This document shows, piece after piece, positions 55,450 to 61,000 of a stretch of DNA of 61,000 bases. Positions within the stretch are counted from its first letter, which is position 1; each line of letters begins with the position of its first letter. The translations under genes and the position numbers were made by a program. The notes beneath the pieces were generated by a model. The model was given only the letters and a program-made list of their open reading frames with translations, did no database searches and was not told the DNA's origin. This DNA comes from Clostridia bacterium (GTDB taxonomy: Bacteria > Bacillota > Clostridia > Oscillospirales > CAG-272), in NCBI GenBank assembly GCA_017456985.1, contig JAFTIH010000023.1, positions 1-61,000 of the forward strand, written 5' to 3'.

Positions 55450-57201
55450 ATGCTTCGTCGTTTTATTTCCTACTACCGCCCGCACGTCAAGCTCTTTGCG
55501 CTCGATATGTTCGCTTCGTTTCTGATCTCCGCGCTGGGTATGATGTACCCCATCATTACCAACCGTATGCTCAACGACCTGATCCCCAATCGCGAGTATA
55601 AGAGCATCATCTTTGCGGGCGTGCTCGTGCTTGGGCTGTATATCGTGCGCTTCTTTTTGCGCTACTTCGTGCAATACTTCGGACACGTCGTGGGCGTACG
55701 GATGCAGGCACAAATGCGAAACGAGCTGTTTTCGCATCTGCAAAAGCTCCCGTATTCCTATTACGACACCAACGAAACGGGCAAAATTATGTCCCGTCTG
55801 ACAAACGACCTCTTTGAGGTCAGCGAGCTTGCCCACCACGGTCCCGAAAACCTGCTGATCAGCGGCATTATGGTGGTGTGGTCCTTCCTCTACTTAATGA
55901 CCATTGACGTGTATCTCACGCTCATCGTCTTTGCCGCCGTTCCCTTTCTCGTGGTCGTTACGCTTCTATCGCGTAAAAAGATGCGCGCCGCCTTCAGCGA
56001 GCGCCGTGCCGCGACTGCCGAGATCAACGCCGCGACCGAAAGCAGCATATCGGGCATCCGCGTGACCAAGGCGTTCGTCGCGCGAGAGGAGGAAAAGCGT
56101 AAGTTTAGTAAGGGTAACGACCACTTCGTCGCGTCCTCGCACGCCGCCTACCGCGCGATGGCGATGTTCTTCTCCTCGACCTCGTTTATCACGGACGTCT
56201 TTAACGTGGTGCTCCTCATCGCGGGCGGTATCTTCTTGTATAACGGTAGCATCAATTTCGGTGAGTATTCCACCTTCATCGTGTCGGTCAATCTCTTTAT
56301 CTCGCCCGTTATGACGCTCGTCAATTTCAGCGAGCAGTTCCAAAACGGTGCCACGGGCTTCCGCCGCTTCCTTGAGGTGATGGACACGCCGCCCGAAGAG
56401 GATGCGCCCGACGCAGTGCCGCTCACAAACGTGCGCGGCGAGATCGTCTTCTCGCACGTGGACTTCTCGTACGAGGAGTCAAACGAGGTGCTGCGCGACC
56501 TCTCCTTCACCGTGGGCGTGGGGGAAAAGCTCGCGCTCGTGGGTCCCTCGGGCGGCGGTAAAACGACCGTCTGCCACCTCATCCCGCGCTTCTATCGCCC
56601 TACGGGCGGCGAGATCCTCATCGACGGTACCCCCATCTCGCGCCTGACTACCGACTCGCTCAGACGTAGTATCGGCATCGTCCAGCAGGACGTCTTCCTC
56701 TTCTCGGGCTCCTTCCGCGATAATATCCGCTACGGCAGACCCGATGCGACGGAGGAAGAGATCGTCGCGGCGGCAAAGGCGGCGAATATTCACGACTACA
56801 TTCTCTCGCTTGAGGGCGGCTACGATACCGAGATCGGCGAGCGCGGGGTCAAGCTCTCGGGCGGTCAAAAGCAGCGCCTTTCCATTGCCCGTGTGTTCCT
56901 CAAAAATCCCCCCATCCTCATTCTCGACGAGGCGACCAGCGCCCTCGATAACACCACCGAAATGCTCATCCAGCGCGCGCTCGACCGCTTGTGCGAGGGC
57001 AGAACCACCATCGTGGTCGCCCACCGCCTTTCCACCGTCAAGAACGCCGACCGCATCGCGGTGGTACAGAAGGGCGGTATCTCGGAGATCGGTACCCACG
57101 AGGAGCTGATGAAGCGCGACGGCGGCGTCTATCGCTCCCTCTACGCCGCACAGTTTACGGACGGCACGCTTCCCGAGTTTGTCGAAACGGCGCTCTCGTA
57201 A
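55450..57201 (+). CDS. ABC exporter, fused permease/ATP-binding
   Basis: N-terminal TMD; GPSGGGKT, LSGGQKQR, ILDEATSALD, AHRLST. Confidence 0.93.
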   Translation: MLRRFISYYRPHVKLFALDMFASFLISALGMMYPIITNRMLNDLIPNREYKSIIFAGVLVLGLYIVRFFLRYFVQYFGHVVGVRMQAQMRNELFSHLQKLPYSYYDTNETGKIMSRLTNDLFEVSELAHHGPENLLISGIMVVWSFLYLMTIDVYLTLIVFAAVPFLVVVTLLSRKKMRAAFSERRAATAEINAATESSISGIRVTKAFVAREEEKRKFSKGNDHFVASSHAAYRAMAMFFSSTSFITDVFNVVLLIAGGIFLYNGSINFGEYSTFIVSVNLFISPVMTLVNFSEQFQNGATGFRRFLEVMDTPPEEDAPDAVPLTNVRGEIVFSHVDFSYEESNEVLRDLSFTVGVGEKLALVGPSGGGKTTVCHLIPRFYRPTGGEILIDGTPISRLTTDSLRRSIGIVQQDVFLFSGSFRDNIRYGRPDATEEEIVAAAKAANIHDYILSLEGGYDTEIGERGVKLSGGQKQRLSIARVFLKNPPILILDEATSALDNTTEMLIQRALDRLCEGRTTIVVAHRLSTVKNADRIAVVQKGGISEIGTHEELMKRDGGVYRSLYAAQFTDGTLPEFVETALS

Positions 57202-57274
57202 GGGGCGCACCCCTTTCGGTGTAACCGAACAAAAGAAAAAACGCCGTGAAAGCACGGCAACCCCTATGCGAAAC

Positions 57275-57307
57275 AAAACGCACTCTGCGAGCGCAGAGTG
57301 CGTTTTT
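57275..57307. terminator. Bidirectional terminator
   Basis: AAAACGCACTCTGCG-AG-CGCAGAGTGCGTTTTT. Confidence 0.75.
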
Positions 57308-57312
57308 ATCGT

Positions 57313-57525
57313 TTACGGATCCTTTTTGAGTCCAAGAAAATAGTCGGTGCTGACTCCATAAAATTGACAAAGGGTGATCAAGTGATGAATGGGAAGCTCG
57401 TTTGCCCCGCGCTCGTAGCGGGCGTACATCGTCTGCGAGGTGCCAAGCACTTCGGCAATTTCCTGTTGCGTTTTGTCGTGATCCTCGCGAAGATCGCGCA
57501 TGCGCTTTAGGTAGGAAAATTCCAT
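57313..57525 (-). CDS. Xre family HTH regulator (70 aa)
   Basis: RMRDLREDHDKTQQEIAEVLGTSQTMYARYERG...YGVSTDYFLG; RBS GGAGG. Confidence 0.9.
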   Translation of the reverse strand: MEFSYLKRMRDLREDHDKTQQEIAEVLGTSQTMYARYERGANELPIHHLITLCQFYGVSTDYFLGLKKDP

Positions 57526-57586
57526 CGTAGACCTCCGTTTTGCTCGTTTTTGAAAAAATGGAGAAAAATCTACTTTTATTATACCA

Positions 57587-57632
57587 AGTAAATAAATTTA
57601 CTATTGACATTAGTAAAGATTTGTACTATAAT
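57587..57632 (+). promoter_or_regulatory. Sigma-A promoter with inverted repeats flanking -35
   Basis: TTGACA(57604)-17bp-TATAAT(57627); TTTACTA-N7-TAGTAAA at 57597-57617; AGTAAAT-AA-ATTTACT at 57587-57602. Confidence 0.75.
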
Positions 57633-57679
57633 AAATTCTGCGATCAGCAAAAAACATCAAAAGTAAGGAGATTTAAGTG

Positions 57680-58522
57680 ATGTCGGATTTTATTGAAATT
57701 TTGGGTGATTATATTACCCCTATTTTGCTCGTGCTGTGTTTGGTGTGTGTGGTGGCTGTTGCTTTCTTTAACTACAAGAAAATCATGGCCGCTCGAAAGG
57801 CAGACGCACTAGTAAAAAGAAATGCAAAGCAGGTTGTTTTGCTGATAATTTCGATTCTTAGCGCGTTGATTTTGTTTTTTACGCCGTTTTTCACGTTTTG
57901 TGCTGTGGAACTCTTTGGTGAATACGCGTTCAGCAGTATGGACGTTTTGTTTGCAAAGGAAGAATTTTTAGATATTCTGCTTTACGATAAGGGAGCAAAG
58001 ATGCTTGTCATATTCGTTATGCTCCTTGCGGCGCTCTTATCAACCAACGCTTTTGTTGAGGCTATCCGTCATGCTACGTCATATTTCACGGAGCAGGACG
58101 AAGCAAAATATAAGACTCATTACAAATTAGCATGGGGTGATGGAATAGTGAGCGCACTCGTGTATTGGATTGTTGCACTGTGCACTACAGGGGTGCTCAA
58201 TGATGAGATCGGTGATTATTTCAGCGTGGGTGCGTCGTTTGTTCCCTTGATTTTGCAGATTTTGCTTTTAGCGGGGTATACTGTGTGCGAGAAATTGATT
58301 CCCGAGGAGTTTTCCTTCGCTACTATCTTCCCGAGCGCAACAACCGCAAATACGACTTCTTCTTCCGGTACGGCGCCCGTAAGTGCCAAGAAAAAGGCAC
58401 TTTCCGAGCAAGAGCGTATTGAAATGCTGAAAAGCTATAAAGAGCTTTTGGATAGCGGTGTGTTAACGCAAGAAGAATTTGATGCAAAAAAAGCAGAGCT
58501 ATTGGACTTCCCAAACAAGTGA
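57680..58522 (+). CDS. Multi-TM membrane protein with C-terminal SHOCT domain
   Basis: About 5 hydrophobic segments; LKSYKELLDSGVLTQEEFDAKKAELL. Confidence 0.85.
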   Translation: MSDFIEILGDYITPILLVLCLVCVVAVAFFNYKKIMAARKADALVKRNAKQVVLLIISILSALILFFTPFFTFCAVELFGEYAFSSMDVLFAKEEFLDILLYDKGAKMLVIFVMLLAALLSTNAFVEAIRHATSYFTEQDEAKYKTHYKLAWGDGIVSALVYWIVALCTTGVLNDEIGDYFSVGASFVPLILQILLLAGYTVCEKLIPEEFSFATIFPSATTANTTSSSGTAPVSAKKKALSEQERIEMLKSYKELLDSGVLTQEEFDAKKAELLDFPNK

Positions 58523-58537
58523 AAAGGAGAAAGTAAT

Positions 58538-59275
58538 ATGAAAAGACTGATTGCATTGCTTTTAGCGATAGTATTTTGTTGTGTGACGCTTTTCGCGTGT
58601 GGCAAGAGTTCTTGGACAATGACAGAGTTCGAAGAGCGCTTGACGATTTTACAGGATAAGGGGTGGCTTCTTTATCGTGAGGTGGAGGAATCCTCATGGG
58701 AGGAGAGGATTAACCGAGAGCTAAAAAAACTTGGCGAGGAATCTTTGGAAAGCGATATTTACACCGTATTAGAGATCGTTGACATGTACAGCGAGGATCA
58801 ATATGTGTTTGAATTTGCAAGCGTCTCGGATGCTAAAAAGGGGTGTGACGCGCTTACCATGTGGATGGAGGAATCCTCCTATATCGTGAACGACATTCGA
58901 CGGATGAGAAATATTGTTATCCTTGGCGAGACAGAAACGCTACGGCTTGTCATAGAAAACAAAGAAATCGAGGAATTGTCCACAAAAGAAGGTCTACAAG
59001 ATGGCATTTACATCAATGAAAACGGAACGACTTATGAGATTCGCGGCGCGCGCTACACCTTAAAGGCGGGAATTGTCATGCTGGAGGGGCATTATCTTGT
59101 AAAGCAGGGCGCACAAAACAATCGCATTATCATCAAGGTAGAAAACGCTTATATTGAAGGCGTGTTGCTTGCAGATTACGAGCTTGATTATATTGGAGGC
59201 TCTAAGGCAGGTGTTTCTCTTGCCGTCGGAAACGGATACATTGTCATTGATAAAACGGCATACTACTTAAGATAA
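58538..59275 (+). CDS. Acidic lipoprotein, two domains
   Basis: Lipobox LFAC; N-domain paralogous to next gene; extra beta-rich C-domain. Confidence 0.8.
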   Translation: MKRLIALLLAIVFCCVTLFACGKSSWTMTEFEERLTILQDKGWLLYREVEESSWEERINRELKKLGEESLESDIYTVLEIVDMYSEDQYVFEFASVSDAKKGCDALTMWMEESSYIVNDIRRMRNIVILGETETLRLVIENKEIEELSTKEGLQDGIYINENGTTYEIRGARYTLKAGIVMLEGHYLVKQGAQNNRIIIKVENAYIEGVLLADYELDYIGGSKAGVSLAVGNGYIVIDKTAYYLR

Positions 59276-59313
59276 AGCATGATTGGCGAAAAAAGGAGAA
59301 AAGGAGAAGACAA

Positions 59314-59748
59314 ATGAAAAAAATAACACTTTTAATACTGGGGATCTTGTTGTGTTCGCTCCTGTTATCTTGCGGAAGCAAAGAAAGTGCGCTCACAATG
59401 GTAGATATCAAAGAGCGAATGGCAACGTTGGAAGATAAAGGTCTGCTTGATTACGAACGTGACAGAGATCTTGACGGCTGGGCGTATGAGATTGACGAAG
59501 AGCTGGAAAGAGATGGGCAGGCGCCTTTGAAGGAAGAGATACGCTTGATTTATGAAATTGAAGATGAACTGGGGGATGACAATTATATCTTTGAGTTCTC
59601 TTCGGAATCGGATGCCAAGAAAGGATACAAGGCGCTTTCCGGTTGGGAAAACGAGTCTCGTTACGAAGAATGGGACATTCGTCGCATTAGCTGTATTGTA
59701 ATTTTCGGTGAACGAGAAACGTTGGATTTGATTTTAAAGATAAAATAA
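59314..59748 (+). CDS. Acidic lipoprotein, paralog of preceding N-domain
   Basis: Lipobox LLSC; shares DKG, FEF.S.SDAKKG..AL..W, DIRR...IVI.GE.ETL.L motifs. Confidence 0.8.
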   Translation: MKKITLLILGILLCSLLLSCGSKESALTMVDIKERMATLEDKGLLDYERDRDLDGWAYEIDEELERDGQAPLKEEIRLIYEIEDELGDDNYIFEFSSESDAKKGYKALSGWENESRYEEWDIRRISCIVIFGERETLDLILKIK

Positions 59749-59786
59749 TTTCTGCTGTATAGCAATGTTTTCTGCTCCCTTGAAAT

Positions 59787-59838
59787 GAAAAACGCAATGC
59801 TTTGTATGCTACTTGGTTTACAAAGCATTGCGTTTCTT
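59787..59838. terminator. Bidirectional terminator
   Basis: AAACGCAATGCTTTGTA...TACAAAGCATTGCGTTT between convergent genes. Confidence 0.75.
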
Positions 59839-59863
59839 ATTGATTGGTTGAATAAATCGAAAA

Positions 59864-61000
59864 TCAGAACAACCCCGTGATCTTGCCGTTTTCATCGACG
59901 TCGATGCGCTCGGCGGCGGGGGATTTGGGCAGACCGGGCATCGTCATCACCTCGCCCGTGAGGACGACGAGGAAGCCTGCGCCTGCGGAGACCTTGACGT
60001 TCTTGACGCTGACGGTGAAGCCGTCGGGCGCGCCGAGGAGCGCCATATTGTCCGAGAAGGAGTATTGCGTTTTGGCAACGCAGACGGGAAGATTGCCGAA
60101 GCCGAGGGCGGTAAGCTCCTCGATCTGCTTCTTGGCGTTCGGCGTGAAGGTGACACCCTCGCCGTGATAGATCTTCTTAACGAGCGTTTGGATGCGCTCT
60201 TCGATGGTGCCGTCGAGGTCGTAGGCGTAGGTGAAGTCGCCCTTTTCCTCTTCGCAAAGACGAACGACCTCGCGCGCGAGCTCCTCGCCGCCTTTACCGC
60301 CCTCTGCCCAGACGTTAGAGAGCACGACGTTCACGCCCAGCGCACGGCACTTGGCGATGATGGCGTCCACCTCGGCGTCCGTATCGGTGGGGAAGCGGTT
60401 GACCGCCACGACGGCGGGAAGGCGATAGACGTTTTTGATGTTTTCCACGTGGCGAAGCAGGTTGGGCAGACCGCGCTCGAGCGCTTCCAGGTTCTCGCTT
60501 CCCAGCTCCGTCTTGGCAAGACCGCCGTGCATTTTGAGCGCGCGGATGGTCGCGACGATGACCACGGCGTCGGGAGTGAGCCCTGCCATACGGCACTTGA
60601 TATCGAGGAACTTTTCGGCACCCAGGTCTGCACCGAAGCCTGCCTCGGTGATGGCGTAATCGCCAAGGCGAAGCGCCATACGGGTGGCGGTGACGGAGTT
60701 ACAGCCGTGTGCGATGTTGGCAAACGGACCGCCGTGTACGAGCGCGGGGGTACCTTCAAGCGTCTGCACGAGGTTGGGCTTGAGGGCGTTTTTGAGCAGT
60801 GCCGCCATCGCGCCGACCGCCTTCAAGTCACCTGCGGTGACGGGCTTGCCCTCATAGGTGTAGCCCACGATGATGCGGGAGAGGCGCTCCTTCAAGTCGG
60901 TGATGGAGGACGCAAGGCAGAAGATCGCCATAATTTCGGAGGCGACGGTGATGTCGTAGCCGTCCTCACGCGGCACGCCGTTGACCTTGCCGCCAAGACC
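59864..61000 (-). CDS. fhs: Formate--tetrahydrofolate ligase (3' part; start outside window)
   Basis: [58 protein letters not shown]. Confidence 0.97.
   Translation of the reverse strand, partial: GLGGKVNGVPREDGYDITVASEIMAIFCLASSITDLKERLSRIIVGYTYEGKPVTAGDLKAVGAMAALLKNALKPNLVQTLEGTPALVHGGPFANIAHGCNSVTATRMALRLGDYAITEAGFGADLGAEKFLDIKCRMAGLTPDAVVIVATIRALKMHGGLAKTELGSENLEALERGLPNLLRHVENIKNVYRLPAVVAVNRFPTDTDAEVDAIIAKCRALGVNVVLSNVWAEGGKGGEELAREVVRLCEEEKGDFTYAYDLDGTIEERIQTLVKKIYHGEGVTFTPNAKKQIEELTALGFGNLPVCVAKTQYSFSDNMALLGAPDGFTVSVKNVKVSAGAGFLVVLTGEVMTMPGLPKSPAAERIDVDENGKITGLF

Overview
Chromosomal window of a high-GC (roughly 60% by eye) Bacillota/Clostridia bacterium, probably spore-forming. Most of it is ordinary host DNA: the nrdR-yicC-remA-rpoZ-priA-def-fmt-rsmB-rlmN-stp-pknB-rsgA cluster, wecB, rluA, hom, guaB, a complete Phe/Tyr biosynthesis operon, transporters and the 3' part of fhs. 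The standout is a compact, intact ~14.4 kb minus-strand operon (17495-31911) between rsgA and wecB that encodes only virion morphogenesis: terminase small and large subunits, portal, scaffold, major capsid, and short-tail adaptor, nozzle and fibre, ending in three membrane proteins. No integrase, repressor, replication gene, tape measure or endolysin is recognisable and its composition looks host-like, so it is a candidate domesticated, podovirus-like gene-transfer-agent system. Its tail nozzle carries an inserted BspA-type leucine-rich-repeat module. Secondary observations: two families of structured intergenic elements that share architecture but not sequence, a TetR operator on the aromatic operon, an unannotated 31-aa Cys-rich peptide gene, a candidate amino-sugar catabolic cluster, a candidate structured ncRNA and an AT-rich Xre/SHOCT/lipoprotein islet. 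All family assignments are by eye from motifs and gene order; no searches were run.
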